From IMG/VR virus record IMGVR_UViG_3300020472_000040, positions 1 through 50,666 of that record: DNA of 50,666 nt; one strand, given 5' to 3'. The number at the start of each line of letters is the position of its first letter. The first letter of the stretch is position 1. Source of the stretch: a virus. Lineage: Duplodnaviria; Caudoviricetes. Of the stretch, positions 27,966 through 38,409 are shown piece after piece. Below the pieces are notes generated by a model that was given only the letters and a program-made list of their open reading frames with translations, was not told where the DNA came from and did not search any database. The translations under genes were made by a program, and so were the position numbers.

Positions 27966-28943
27966 ATGGGTACATTACAAAATGCGTCGAATGCAAACCT
28001 CTCTAACTTTGATGTAGGAGTTTCAACCCAAACAGGAGAATATTGGGTTCCAGAAATTTTCTCGAAGAAGATTCAAAACTTCTTCAGGAAATCCTCTGTC
28101 ATTGAAGCTATAACTAATACAGATTACGCTGGTGAAATTAGTGGTTTTGGCGATACCGTTAAAATCATTAAAGAACCAACTGTATCTGTGGCAGCTTATA
28201 CGAGAGCAGCAGCGACAACAAAACAATACCTTACTGATGCCCAAGCGACACTTGTTATTGATAAAGCAAACTCATTTAAGTTTATTATCGATGACATTGA
28301 GGAAAGAATGTCTCATGTCAATTTTGCATCTGTAGGCGCTTCAAGTGCGGCGTACACACTAAAAGACACAATGGACAGTGAAGTATTATCTACAATGTTC
28401 GGAGGTGTGTCTACTTCAAGTCCAGACCATCAACTTGGTGGTGATGGAAACGGTTCAGCAATCGCTAACTTTACTTCAGGTGACCCTATTGATATGGGTA
28501 ATGGAAGTTCAGAAATTAGTCCTTTGGCAATTATGGCTAGAATGGCTAGACTTCTTGACGATTCATCTGTACCAGAAGAAGGAAGATGGTTTGTTGCAAA
28601 ACCTGAGTTCTATGAAGAACTAGCAAGTACTGATTCTAAACTAATGTCATCTGATTTTAATCAAGGTGATGGTGGTGTAAGAAATGGTTTAGTTGCGTCT
28701 GGTTCAATTAGAGGATTCCAAATGTATAAATCTTCTAACTGTCCTGCAGTTTCAGGCACGAACTCAACTGGTCAATGCTTAGGAGGACATATATCTTCTA
28801 CAGCAACTGCTCAGTCAATCCTTAATATTGAAACTCTACGAGACACTGATACTTTCGGTGATATCGTAAGAGGTCTTCATGTTTATGGAAGAAGTGTTCT
28901 TAGAGACGATGCGATTGTGAAAGCAGTCTACGCTATCGACTAA
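27966..28943 (+). CDS. Major capsid protein
   Basis: PEIFS, GDTVKI, L.IDK, L....VP.EGR, DIVRGLHVYG; strong SD; optimised codon use. Confidence 0.93.
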   Translation: MGTLQNASNANLSNFDVGVSTQTGEYWVPEIFSKKIQNFFRKSSVIEAITNTDYAGEISGFGDTVKIIKEPTVSVAAYTRAAATTKQYLTDAQATLVIDKANSFKFIIDDIEERMSHVNFASVGASSAAYTLKDTMDSEVLSTMFGGVSTSSPDHQLGGDGNGSAIANFTSGDPIDMGNGSSEISPLAIMARMARLLDDSSVPEEGRWFVAKPEFYEELASTDSKLMSSDFNQGDGGVRNGLVASGSIRGFQMYKSSNCPAVSGTNSTGQCLGGHISSTATAQSILNIETLRDTDTFGDIVRGLHVYGRSVLRDDAIVKAVYAID

Positions 28944-28955
28944 TAATACATAATT

Positions 28956-28987
28956 AGAAGGGGCGATTAATTTCGCCCTTTCTTTTA
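28956..28987 (+). terminator. Rho-independent terminator after the capsid gene
   Basis: AGAAGGGGCGA-ttaatt-TCGCCCTTTCT followed by TTT. Confidence 0.85.
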
Positions 28988-29005
28988 TAATAAGGAATTT
29001 AAAAA

Positions 29006-29206
29006 ATGGCTAAAATGAAAAACGGAATTGAATATACTGATGTTATAACAGAACATTTACCTTTCTTAAAAGAAGGGAATAATGTAGATTCTTGTGATTA
29101 TAGTAAAGAAAAATATCCAAGACAATATGGTAAAATGGATTTAAGAAGAAAAGCTGATATTGGTGCACCTGACATTGGTACCCCTTCTTACAAAGTTTCA
29201 GAATAG
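29006..29206 (+). CDS. Hypothetical protein
   Basis: SD AAGGA; 66 aa. Confidence 0.7.
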   Translation: MAKMKNGIEYTDVITEHLPFLKEGNNVDSCDYSKEKYPRQYGKMDLRRKADIGAPDIGTPSYKVSE

Positions 29207-29220
29207 TAAAGGATTAAATA

Positions 29221-29994
29221 ATGGCTGCTCCATTTAGAACATATTTGGATTTAACTAATACTTTAATTAGAGAAATTAATGAAGTTGAATTAACTTCTTC
29301 TAATTTTTCTAGTTCTGCGTTAGGTATACAAAAATATATTAAAGACGCTATTAATAGAGCTTACTTTGATATATGCAACGCTGAAGATAAATGGAGTTTT
29401 TTATCTGCAGGAGACCCTTCTAATAATTATTATGGTAATACTTATATTGAAACATCATCAGGAACAAGATGGTATGATTTAAGAAGCGCTCAAACAATAC
29501 TAAATGAATATAGTTTTATTGATTGGGATAATATGGTAGTTACTGAAGAAGGAGTATCAGGTAAATCTGCTCCTTATGAAATACATAAATTATCTCCACT
29601 ATCTTTAAGTAGTTGGCAAAGAACTCACGGAATATCTGAAGCCAGAGATAAAAGTGATACACAATCTTACGGTATTCCTAGAAGAGTAATAAGAGTACCA
29701 GAAAATAATAAACTTGGATTATCTCCTATACCTGATGGAGTTTATAGAATTTATTTTTATGCTTATACACAACCTACAGAATTATCAGCACATGGTGATA
29801 CTGTAGTATTTCCAAAACAATATACTTCTGTTTTATTAGCAAAAGCAAGATACTATATTCATCAATTTAAAGATAATATGTCTCAAGCTCAGTTAGCAGA
29901 TGTAGAATTTCAAAATGGTTTAAGAACAATGAGAGAACAACTACTTGAACCTTTCCCTGTTATAATGGATGATAGAAGAAGTTTTTATGTGTAA
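29221..29994 (+). CDS. Tail tubular protein A / head-tail adaptor
   Basis: TYL.L.N..I.E.NE, IN.A..DI, L.P.PD..Y; position after the capsid gene. Confidence 0.78.
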   Translation: MAAPFRTYLDLTNTLIREINEVELTSSNFSSSALGIQKYIKDAINRAYFDICNAEDKWSFLSAGDPSNNYYGNTYIETSSGTRWYDLRSAQTILNEYSFIDWDNMVVTEEGVSGKSAPYEIHKLSPLSLSSWQRTHGISEARDKSDTQSYGIPRRVIRVPENNKLGLSPIPDGVYRIYFYAYTQPTELSAHGDTVVFPKQYTSVLLAKARYYIHQFKDNMSQAQLADVEFQNGLRTMREQLLEPFPVIMDDRRSFYV

Positions 29995-30014
29995 TAAAAA
30001 ATTTATAATTTAAT

Positions 30015-30263
30015 ATGGCTGAATATCAAGGTAGAAAAGTTAAATTAAACAAACCCATGAAAGGTGATGTTAAAAAATTTAAAGTGTATGTTAAAAATGA
30101 TAAGGGTAAAGTTATTAAAGTAAATTTTGGGGACCCTAATATGTCAATTAAAAAAAATAACCCAGCTCGGAAAGCATCTTATTGTGCTAGGTCTAGTGGT
30201 ATAAAAGGAACAAAAGATAAAACTTCGGCTAACTACTGGTCAAGAAGAGCATGGAATTGTTAA
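30015..30263 (+). CDS. Conserved small basic phage protein
   Basis: V.FGDPNM.IK...PAR..Y.AR, ANYWS...W. Confidence 0.75.
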   Translation: MAEYQGRKVKLNKPMKGDVKKFKVYVKNDKGKVIKVNFGDPNMSIKKNNPARKASYCARSSGIKGTKDKTSANYWSRRAWNC

Positions 30264-32063
30264 ATGGCTGAACAAGGTATCTCTATAAATTGTGAAGGTG
30301 GGTTAGACTTAGTTTCTAGTACCTCATTACTTTTTAGAACTCCAGGAGTAGCACAAAGACTTAATAATTTTGAGTCTTCTATTCACGGAGGATACAGAAG
30401 AGTTAATGGTTATAGTAAATTTGGAAACAATCAACCAGCTGGAAATGCAGATGATATTGAAGGTATATATAGATATGCTAAAGGTGTTGTAGCTTGTCAA
30501 GGTTCTAATATTTATTATAGTGCAGACGGTACTACTTGGACACAAGTTAATAAAGATACTTATCAATCTAAAACAGGTACTGTATCAGTAAGTTCAGGAG
30601 GTGCTACAATAACTGGAAGTGGTACTTCTTTTTCTTCAGAGTTTGCAGTAGGTGACGATATATTAATTAATAACGAACAGTTTCTTGTTCTAAGTATTGC
30701 TAGTGATACATCAATGACAGCAGATGGTAATTTTGCTTCAAGTGCATCATCTCAAGTTATAAAAAAGAATGGAGCTACTGCCGCTCAATTATCTAGTGGA
30801 AGTGCAGTATCAAGAGGTTCTCAAAGTCTTTGTGAGTTTGCTTTTTATGAAGGAAATAAACAATATGGTAAACTTTATATAGCTGATGGTACTAATAAGA
30901 TTGGTGAATTAGTTATAGAAATTACAAATGCAGGAGTACATACTTATTCATTTAAAGAAGTAAAAAGGTCAGCTCCAGTAGACCCAGAAGTAGTTACTAT
31001 TTTTGGAGAAAGATTAATAGTTTCAGGTCATTCTGAAAATCCACAAGTAGTTTCCTGGAGTACTAGGTTATCACCAGAAAATTTTACAGGTAGTTCTGCA
31101 GGTACAGTAGATGTTGGAGACCAAATAGTAGGTATAAAATCTTTTCGTAATAAACTTATTATATTTTGTAAAAATAGTATATATCAATTATCTGGCCTAG
31201 ATACAACTGCAGTCTTATCATCCGTAACTAAAAATATTGGTTGTGTAAGTGGTAAAACTATTCAAGAGATTGGTGGAGATTTAATTTTTCTTTCTCCAGA
31301 TGGTTTAAGAACTATCGCAGGAACAGCTCGTATTGATGATATTGAATTAGGTTCTATTAGTAGAAAGATACTTCCTATATTTAGAGATGATATTTTTCCA
31401 AGTTTAACAACTATTACGTTTTCAAGTATGGTTATTAGAGAAAAAAATCAATACAGATTATTTTATTATAAGTCTGGTACAGCAGATTTACAACAAAAAG
31501 GAATACTAGGAACATTTAAAATATCTTCTGAAGGTGTTCCTTTATACGAATGGAGTGAATGTACAGGCATACCAGCTCGGATGACTCACTCAGGGTTTGA
31601 TGAAAATGGTGATGAAGTTTATTATCATTCTAGTATTGACGGTTATATATACAATCACGATTCTGGAAATAATTTTAATGGTAGTACTATAAGTGCTGAG
31701 TATAAAACACCTGATTTAGATTACGGAGATTCAGGTGTTCGTAAAACATTATATTATTGTAAAACAAGTATTCGTGCAGAAGGAGCCAATAATAATTTAA
31801 AATTGCTTTGTCGTTATGATTTCGATGATGCAAATGTACCACAACCATCAGAATTATCAATAGGTACTTTATCTAGTCCATCTTTATTTGGCACAGGTGT
31901 TTTTGGAACAGCTTTATTTGGACAAACATTATACCCACAACAAAAAGTAAATTTAACTGGTAGTGGGTTTACTAATAATTTTAGAATATCAAGTACTGGA
32001 ACAGGCTCTTCATATACTGTTTCAGGATTTTATGTAGACTACATCCCAGGAGGAAGGATTTAA
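30264..32063 (+). CDS. Tail tubular protein B / nozzle (P22 gp10-like)
   Basis: GGL, NFE, GY.R..G, NIGC.S..TIQEIGGDLIFLSPDG.R; position after the adaptor. Confidence 0.8.
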   Translation: MAEQGISINCEGGLDLVSSTSLLFRTPGVAQRLNNFESSIHGGYRRVNGYSKFGNNQPAGNADDIEGIYRYAKGVVACQGSNIYYSADGTTWTQVNKDTYQSKTGTVSVSSGGATITGSGTSFSSEFAVGDDILINNEQFLVLSIASDTSMTADGNFASSASSQVIKKNGATAAQLSSGSAVSRGSQSLCEFAFYEGNKQYGKLYIADGTNKIGELVIEITNAGVHTYSFKEVKRSAPVDPEVVTIFGERLIVSGHSENPQVVSWSTRLSPENFTGSSAGTVDVGDQIVGIKSFRNKLIIFCKNSIYQLSGLDTTAVLSSVTKNIGCVSGKTIQEIGGDLIFLSPDGLRTIAGTARIDDIELGSISRKILPIFRDDIFPSLTTITFSSMVIREKNQYRLFYYKSGTADLQQKGILGTFKISSEGVPLYEWSECTGIPARMTHSGFDENGDEVYYHSSIDGYIYNHDSGNNFNGSTISAEYKTPDLDYGDSGVRKTLYYCKTSIRAEGANNNLKLLCRYDFDDANVPQPSELSIGTLSSPSLFGTGVFGTALFGQTLYPQQKVNLTGSGFTNNFRISSTGTGSSYTVSGFYVDYIPGGRI

Positions 32064-32065
32064 AC

Positions 32066-35000
32066 ATGGCGGCATACACAAGACAAAGTACATTTTCAGA
32101 TGGAGATACTATTAGTGCATCATTATTTAATAATGAATATGATGCAATAGCAGCAACATTTGTTAATACATCTGGACATAAACATGACGGAACAACTGGT
32201 GAAGGTCCTGTTATAGGTCTTATTGGTGATGCTGGTGTTGCGACTCCTCTTAATAAAGTTTTAATTGATTCTTCAAATAATCATATTGAATTTTATGTAG
32301 ATGTTTCTTCAGCAGCAGTTCAACAAATGCATCTTGAAGATGGTAAACTTTTACCTAATGTTGATAGTGATATTGATTTAGGTAGCTCTACAAAATATTT
32401 TGCAAATGGTTATATTGATGCTATTACTACTACAGGTAATGTAACAGTTGGTGGTAATTTAACTGTTACTGGAACAACAACATTTAATGGTGGTACAATT
32501 AATCTAGGGGATGCAGCTACAGATAATGTTGCATTTAATGGTACTATCACAACTAACTTAATATTTGAAGGTTCTACTGCTGATGCACATGAAACAACTT
32601 TAGCACCAGGTAATCCTGGTAGTGATATTACTTTAACTTTACCTTCTTCAGCAACAGATACTTTAGTAGGTAGAGCAACAACAGATACACTTACAAACAA
32701 AACATTAACTTCACCTAAGATAAATGAAGATGTAGTAGTAACTTCTACTGCAACAGAATTAAATTTATTAGACGGTGTAACAGCTACTACTTCAGAATTA
32801 AATATATTAGACGGAGTAACTTCTACTGCATCAGAACTTAATATTCTTGATGGAGTAACTTCTACTGCATCAGAATTAAACATATTAGATGGAGTAACTT
32901 CTACCGCAACTGAATTAAATATATTAGACGGTGTAACTTCGACAACATCGGAATTAAACATATTAGATGGAGTTACTTCAACAGCAGCTGAGTTAAATGC
33001 ACTAGATGGTATTACAGCAGTTGTTGGCGAACTTAACGCATTAGATATAGGAAGCACAGCTATAGGAACAGCTGTTGCGTCTAAAGCAGTTATTTTAGAT
33101 GCTAACAAAGATTACACGGGTATTAGAAATTTAACTGTTACTGGAGAATTAGATGGAGCATCTCTTGATATAGAAGGCGATGCTGATATTAATGGCACAT
33201 TAGAAGCAGATGCTATAACTATTGCAGGAACAGCTCTTGATACTCATATAGCAGGAGTTACAGTTACTAATGCTACAACTGCTACAAATGCAAATCATAT
33301 TTCTGTAGCTGATAATGAAAGCACAAATGAAAATAATTTAATTACATTTATTGAAGATGCTTCTGCAACTGGTAATGTTGGATTAGAATCTGATGGAGAT
33401 TTTTATTATAATCCGAGTACAGGAACTGTAACGGCAACAGGATTTGCAGGAGCACTTACAGGTAATGCTTCTACAGCTACTGCTTTAGCTACAGCTAGAA
33501 CAATACATGGAGTATCTTTTGATGGCTCAGGTAATATTGATTTAAGTGAAGTTATTCAAGATACAGTTGGAGCTATGTTTGATGGTAATACAGAAACAGA
33601 TATTACTGCAACATATCAAGATGCTGATGGTACTATTGATTTAGTTGTAAGTGGGTCAAGTGTTGGAGGAAGTACTGGAATAGATTTTAACGATGGTGTT
33701 AAAACAAGATATGGCACTGGTAATGATTTAGAAGTTTATCATGATGGTACAAACGGGTATATTACAAATTCAGATGGAGCTTTAAAACTTGCTACTGAAA
33801 CATCAGGTATAGCAGTAACGATAGGACACGCTACTTCAGAAGTTACTGTTGCAGATAATTTAACAGTGACTGGAAACTTAACCGTAAGCGGAACAACAAC
33901 AACTGTTTCTTCTACAACTGTTGAAGTAGCAGATGCAATGTTAAAACTTGCTAAAGACCAAGGTACAAGTGCAGATGCAGTAGACTTTGGATTCTATGGT
34001 AAGTATGGAGTTGGTGGTACTGCTAAATATGCAGGTATATTTAGAGACCAAAGTGCTACAGGCACACCTTTTACATTTTTTGATACATTAGAAGCAGACC
34101 CTGGAACTACCGTAAATACTGGTGGTACTGGTTATGATTTAGCAGATATTTCTGCAGGTGGAGCAACTTTTGCAGATAGTGTAACAATTACTGGAGACTT
34201 GACTATAAGTGGTGATGACATTACTATGGGGACAAATACATCGGGCCATATTATGGTTGCAGATGGTACTAATTTTAATCCAGTAGCAGTATCAGGTGAT
34301 GTTACAATTTCTAATGCTGGAGCTGTTACAATAGCAAGTACAGCTGTTGAAACTGGTATGATTGCAGCTGATGCTATTACAGGAGCTAAGATTGCAGATG
34401 ATGCGGTTGATTCTGAACACTATACAGACGGTAGTATTGATACAGCTCATATTGCTGACTTAAATGTAACTACAGCAAAGATTGCAGCCGATGCAATAAC
34501 TGGAGCAAAGATAGCTGACGATGCTATTGATAGTGAACACTATGTTGATGGTAGTATTGATACAGCTCATATTGGAGATGATAATGTAACTCAAGCAAAA
34601 ATAGCAGATGATGCTGTAGGTGCTGACCAACTAGCAGCTAGTGCAGTAGTTACTGCGTCTATGGTTGACGATGCTGTAACTCAAGCTAAAATTGCTGATG
34701 AGGCAGTAGATGAAGCTAGACTTCAAATCAGTAATGCTGGTAGTAATGGACAATATTTACAAAAACAATCAGGAAATACTGGTGGACTAACATGGGCAGA
34801 TGCAAGTTCAGTCGGTGGAGCAACAGGTGTAGATTTCAACGATAATGTTAAAGCAAGATTTGGAACTACTGATAATGATTTAGAAATTTACCATGATGGT
34901 TCCAATAGCATAATTGCTGATACAGGAACAGGTGGTTTACAAATACTTTCTAACGAATTTAAAGTTATGAATGCTGCAGGTAATGCAAATCAAGTTATTG

Positions 35001-35611
35001 GTACTCAAGCTGCAGCAGTAGAACTTTATCACAACGGAACTAAGAAACTTGAAACTGCAAGTGGTGGAGTAACCATAACAGGAACTGCAACTGCAACAAC
35101 TTTTGACGGTTTATTAGATACAGGAGCTGCTTTAAAAGTAGGAGCTTGGTATAATGACAATGGTACAAGTGCAAAAGGAAGATTTTGGTTTAGTGACGGT
35201 GGAACAACTCAAATTAATACTGCTGCTGATATTGACTTTTCTTATGAAACAACAAATAAAGCTAGAATAGAATCTGACGGTGATTTTATTTGTGTCGGTA
35301 ACATTACCGCTTATGGAAGTTTATCAGATGAAAAACTAAAAGAAAATATTGAGATAATTCCAGATGCTCTTGATAAAGTTTGTCAGCTTAAAGGTGTTAC
35401 TTTTGATTACAAAAAAGATGGTAAGAGGTCTACAGGATTGATTGCTCAAGATTTACAAAAAGTTTTACCAGAGGTTGTTTATGAAACAAAAGATATTAAT
35501 AATGAAAATGAAAGCTATCTAGCAGTAAATTATGAAAATACAATTGGACTTTTAGTTGAGGCAATTAAAGAATTAAAGGCTGAGGTTAAAGAATTAAAGG
35601 AGGCTAAATAA
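32066..35611 (+). CDS. Tail fibre protein with C-terminal intramolecular chaperone (peptidase S74)
   Basis: N-terminal GH.HDG anchor; 13-aa and 10-aa repeats; SDEKLKENI, G.IAQD, V.Y....GLLVEAIKEL. Confidence 0.92.
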   Translation: MAAYTRQSTFSDGDTISASLFNNEYDAIAATFVNTSGHKHDGTTGEGPVIGLIGDAGVATPLNKVLIDSSNNHIEFYVDVSSAAVQQMHLEDGKLLPNVDSDIDLGSSTKYFANGYIDAITTTGNVTVGGNLTVTGTTTFNGGTINLGDAATDNVAFNGTITTNLIFEGSTADAHETTLAPGNPGSDITLTLPSSATDTLVGRATTDTLTNKTLTSPKINEDVVVTSTATELNLLDGVTATTSELNILDGVTSTASELNILDGVTSTASELNILDGVTSTATELNILDGVTSTTSELNILDGVTSTAAELNALDGITAVVGELNALDIGSTAIGTAVASKAVILDANKDYTGIRNLTVTGELDGASLDIEGDADINGTLEADAITIAGTALDTHIAGVTVTNATTATNANHISVADNESTNENNLITFIEDASATGNVGLESDGDFYYNPSTGTVTATGFAGALTGNASTATALATARTIHGVSFDGSGNIDLSEVIQDTVGAMFDGNTETDITATYQDADGTIDLVVSGSSVGGSTGIDFNDGVKTRYGTGNDLEVYHDGTNGYITNSDGALKLATETSGIAVTIGHATSEVTVADNLTVTGNLTVSGTTTTVSSTTVEVADAMLKLAKDQGTSADAVDFGFYGKYGVGGTAKYAGIFRDQSATGTPFTFFDTLEADPGTTVNTGGTGYDLADISAGGATFADSVTITGDLTISGDDITMGTNTSGHIMVADGTNFNPVAVSGDVTISNAGAVTIASTAVETGMIAADAITGAKIADDAVDSEHYTDGSIDTAHIADLNVTTAKIAADAITGAKIADDAIDSEHYVDGSIDTAHIGDDNVTQAKIADDAVGADQLAASAVVTASMVDDAVTQAKIADEAVDEARLQISNAGSNGQYLQKQSGNTGGLTWADASSVGGATGVDFNDNVKARFGTTDNDLEIYHDGSNSIIADTGTGGLQILSNEFKVMNAAGNANQVIGTQAAAVELYHNGTKKLETASGGVTITGTATATTFDGLLDTGAALKVGAWYNDNGTSAKGRFWFSDGGTTQINTAADIDFSYETTNKARIESDGDFICVGNITAYGSLSDEKLKENIEIIPDALDKVCQLKGVTFDYKKDGKRSTGLIAQDLQKVLPEVVYETKDINNENESYLAVNYENTIGLLVEAIKELKAEVKELKEAK
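32741..33052 (+). repeat. Eight tandem 39-nt repeats (TSTASELNILDGV)
   Basis: Visible in both DNA and protein; synonymous variation between copies. Confidence 0.92.
34330..34720 (+). repeat. 10-aa repeats (AITGAKIADD / SIDTAHI)
   Basis: Imperfect 30-nt units including a duplicated 120-nt block; boundaries approximate. Confidence 0.85.
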
Positions 35612-36177
35612 TGGCTCTGCAAAGTAGTGGCGCAATCTCTCTTAATGAGATGCATATTGAAGCAGGAGGCAGTACAGGCTCAAACTGTACTATTAATGAC
35701 TCTGATATTAGAGATTTAATAAGTAAAAGCTCTGGCGCAGCTATGTCATTTAATGAGTGGTATGGAGCAAGTGCTGGTCTTTCAAGTTATAGCTACACGA
35801 TGACAAATGGAACTTACACATCAGGTACAACTTATACAGGTTTTGACTCAGCTGCAAGTGGTGGAACTGCCCATGGCTCTTTAAGTAATAACCCTCAAAG
35901 TACAGCTTTGACGAGTGGTTTTAATCCTACATGGACTGCAATACGACATTCAATTTTAAAGACTAATCAACTCGATATGACTATTGGCTCTGCTGTAGCA
36001 AATTCAGGTTGGACTTCTATAACTTTTAGTGCAGGTGGAATTACAAGTTCATCAAATGAAACAGTTAATAGGTCAGCTATGACTTATCAACAAATAGGTA
36101 GCTTGACACAATGGTACGTAACTACAAGTTGGACGATGCTCACCTCAGGAACTACAACAGTAACTATTAATGTTTAA
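35611..36177 (+). CDS. Putative tail-fibre tip adhesin / receptor-binding protein
   Basis: MALQSSGAISL...MSFNEWYG fibre-attachment N-terminus; Ser/Thr/Gly-rich beta body; follows the fibre gene. Confidence 0.7.
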   Translation: MALQSSGAISLNEMHIEAGGSTGSNCTINDSDIRDLISKSSGAAMSFNEWYGASAGLSSYSYTMTNGTYTSGTTYTGFDSAASGGTAHGSLSNNPQSTALTSGFNPTWTAIRHSILKTNQLDMTIGSAVANSGWTSITFSAGGITSSSNETVNRSAMTYQQIGSLTQWYVTTSWTMLTSGTTTVTINV

Positions 36178-36180
36178 AAT

Positions 36181-36324
36181 ATGACAGAAGATAAAAATAA
36201 ATTACACAAAAGAGAGGATGGAATTTGGATTATGCCTCATCCTGATAAAGACAATGAACAACTTAGCCCTCAAAATCCTTACAAGAGGTCGCAAGTAAAG
36301 CAAGAAGAGGTAGAGGAAATATGA
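36181..36324 (+). CDS. 47-aa hypothetical protein (not in ORF track)
   Basis: MTEDKNKLHKREDG...; ATGA overlap with the next gene. Confidence 0.55.
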   Translation: MTEDKNKLHKREDGIWIMPHPDKDNEQLSPQNPYKRSQVKQEEVEEI

Positions 36325-37007
36325 GTGTCTTTAATATTAATTTTGGTACAGTTAAAAATGTTGGTAACAATTTACAAATATGTGTAGCTACTAATACAAA
36401 AGTAGGGCAGGAAATGTCGAGGCAACAGCTAAATGAGCAACCTCACTTTGATAACATAGAATATCATCCTGATAACAGTAAAGTATTTAAGAGATTAAAT
36501 AGAAATGAACTTGTTAGAGGAAAGATTAAATTATTTTGGAAATGGACTGCAGAAGATAATATTACTCAAACTGATATAAATTTTGTTAAAAGTATTTACG
36601 CTGCAAACAACTCAGAAGATAGTTATGCTGCTTACGAGCAAGGAGAAGATTATCTAAATATTACTATTGAAAAACCAGAAACCAACACAACTTGGTCAGA
36701 CACATCTGTTGGTTGGGAACTTGCATCTTCAGAGGCAGGTATTGAAATATTAAAAGATGATACAGTTTTATTCTGCTCATTGTCAGAAGATTTTGGATGG
36801 AAACATAAGACCATTGATTTAGCTGATGGAGCAACAGTAGATACATCTAAAAGTGGTGAACATTGTTATTTATGGTTTGACGGTGAGTGTGAACTCAATG
36901 GAACTAAAAATGTTTATGCTGGGGATGTTAAGAAATTAATTAATGAAACTGTTAATATTAAAAATGTAAATGCAACAAATACAAAAATAATAATGGTATG
37001 GAAATAA
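36321..37007 (+). CDS. Hypothetical protein (possible C-terminal cupin-like fold)
   Basis: 228 aa; beta-rich C-terminal half. Confidence 0.7.
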   Translation: MSVFNINFGTVKNVGNNLQICVATNTKVGQEMSRQQLNEQPHFDNIEYHPDNSKVFKRLNRNELVRGKIKLFWKWTAEDNITQTDINFVKSIYAANNSEDSYAAYEQGEDYLNITIEKPETNTTWSDTSVGWELASSEAGIEILKDDTVLFCSLSEDFGWKHKTIDLADGATVDTSKSGEHCYLWFDGECELNGTKNVYAGDVKKLINETVNIKNVNATNTKIIMVWK

Positions 37008-37010
37008 TGA

Positions 37011-37814
37011 ATGAACGACATACTAAAACGAATAAAGTTTATTTATGAATATGCTACACACTTACAAACAGATAATAGCCCTCCATTAGAATTAATTTAT
37101 AAGTTTATTAATGAACTAGATAAGAAAGAGGCAAAAGCTATCTTTCATAAATTTTCTAAAGATAAGTCTAGTGAAAGAATATTTAATGAAGAAAAAGCAG
37201 CATTAGACAGATTAAATGAAGATGAATTTAAAGAGAATACATTAGGAGCTGAGTTTAAAGGGTGGTTAAAACAATCAGAAGGAGCTGTAGATTTATTTAA
37301 GTTTGGTGTATTTGGAAGAACCGAAGGTAAGACAAAATTTAAAAAGTTTTTAAAACATACTTGTTTACAACACGATTTAATTCATTTCTTAAATGGATAT
37401 GATGTTACGCCATTAGGTGAGGTTGGAGTTATCACTTTTAATTTAGCTCAAGAATGGAGACCTTCTTTTGCAACAATATTATATGCCTCATTCTTAATGA
37501 GTATCAGAAATACTTTTCTACCATCTAAATATCCAGCCAATACACAATGGCATAAGGCAATAAAATATTCACCTCTTATGGTATTTTGTAAAGTTGTAAG
37601 AGAAGCATGGAAAAGAGGAAAACAATCTGAATGGTTTTTAACTGTAGATTGGAATGGTTATTTAGATACGGATTTAAAACAAGTTAAAGAAAAACTTAAA
37701 TTAGAAAAATCACCTACTTATTGGGATGAAGTTCAGCCTGTATGGGCAAGAGCTTTAAGACATTACAAAAAATATGAAAAAAACAAAAGAGAACGACAAG
37801 AAGATGTGGCGTGA
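37011..37814 (+). CDS. Coq4-family protein
   Basis: ENTLG, HDLIHFLNGY....LGE (HDxxH-x11-E), A..RG, VDW. Confidence 0.8.
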   Translation: MNDILKRIKFIYEYATHLQTDNSPPLELIYKFINELDKKEAKAIFHKFSKDKSSERIFNEEKAALDRLNEDEFKENTLGAEFKGWLKQSEGAVDLFKFGVFGRTEGKTKFKKFLKHTCLQHDLIHFLNGYDVTPLGEVGVITFNLAQEWRPSFATILYASFLMSIRNTFLPSKYPANTQWHKAIKYSPLMVFCKVVREAWKRGKQSEWFLTVDWNGYLDTDLKQVKEKLKLEKSPTYWDEVQPVWARALRHYKKYEKNKRERQEDVA

Positions 37815-37856
37815 TTGGTTACACAAGTGGAGTGAGATTTTTAGGAGAATGAAATA

Positions 37857-38129
37857 ATGGCACTACAGTTTACTGGACATAAATATAAGTATATAGGTAG
37901 TGTAAATATTGTTGATACTGATAAAAAATATATAGAAGAATTGGAAAGACAAGTTGAAGATTCAGTAGATGTTTGGAAAATAACTTGTGAACAAATTTAT
38001 GGTGGCAAAGGATATGTTGTTGAGATGTGCAGATTAAAACAAGAAAATAGAGAATTAAAAGCAGAGCTACATTTAATTAGAAAGTTTCTAGAAAAAGCAA
38101 AAAGAATGACTAACGAAAGATTTGAATAA
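37857..38129 (+). CDS. Hypothetical protein
   Basis: SD AGGAG; 90 aa. Confidence 0.65.
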   Translation: MALQFTGHKYKYIGSVNIVDTDKKYIEELERQVEDSVDVWKITCEQIYGGKGYVVEMCRLKQENRELKAELHLIRKFLEKAKRMTNERFE

Positions 38130-38135
38130 TAGTTA

Positions 38136-38164
38136 TTGACAATATTTAAAAAATATGATATAAT
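38136..38164 (+). promoter_or_regulatory. Sigma70 promoter
   Basis: TTGACA-17-TATAAT with extended TG. Confidence 0.85.
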
Positions 38165-38202
38165 ATATAAACTAATGTGGGCGAAGAAAAGGAAAAAAAT
38201 AA

Positions 38203-38409
38203 ATGTTTACACTAGATAATAAAGAGTATGATGAGACTAAATTAAATAAAGAAGGTAAGTTTGCCTATGCTCAGCTTCAAGTTTTAGCAACAAAGAAAAA
38301 CTCTATTCTTGCAGATTTAAATAATTTAGATATATTAATTTCTCACTATTCAGATATTCTTAAAAAAGAGCTTCCAAAAGAAGAAAAAGAAAAAAAAGGA
38401 AAGAAATAG
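38203..38409 (+). CDS. Small conserved phage protein
   Basis: F.LD.KEYD...L..E.K start. Confidence 0.7.
   Translation: MFTLDNKEYDETKLNKEGKFAYAQLQVLATKKNSILADLNNLDILISHYSDILKKELPKEEKEKKGKK

Noticed and set aside
32741-33052. CRISPR or DGR template repeats in the tail fibre
   Set aside because: Contiguous coding repeats varying mainly at synonymous sites; no reverse transcriptase; no adenine-specific variation
32410-33108. Long antisense ORFs (also 44989-45651, 26239-26679, 21161-21583, 10065-10553)
   Set aside because: Mirror frames of real genes, mostly in repetitive or codon-biased regions, with no independent coding signal
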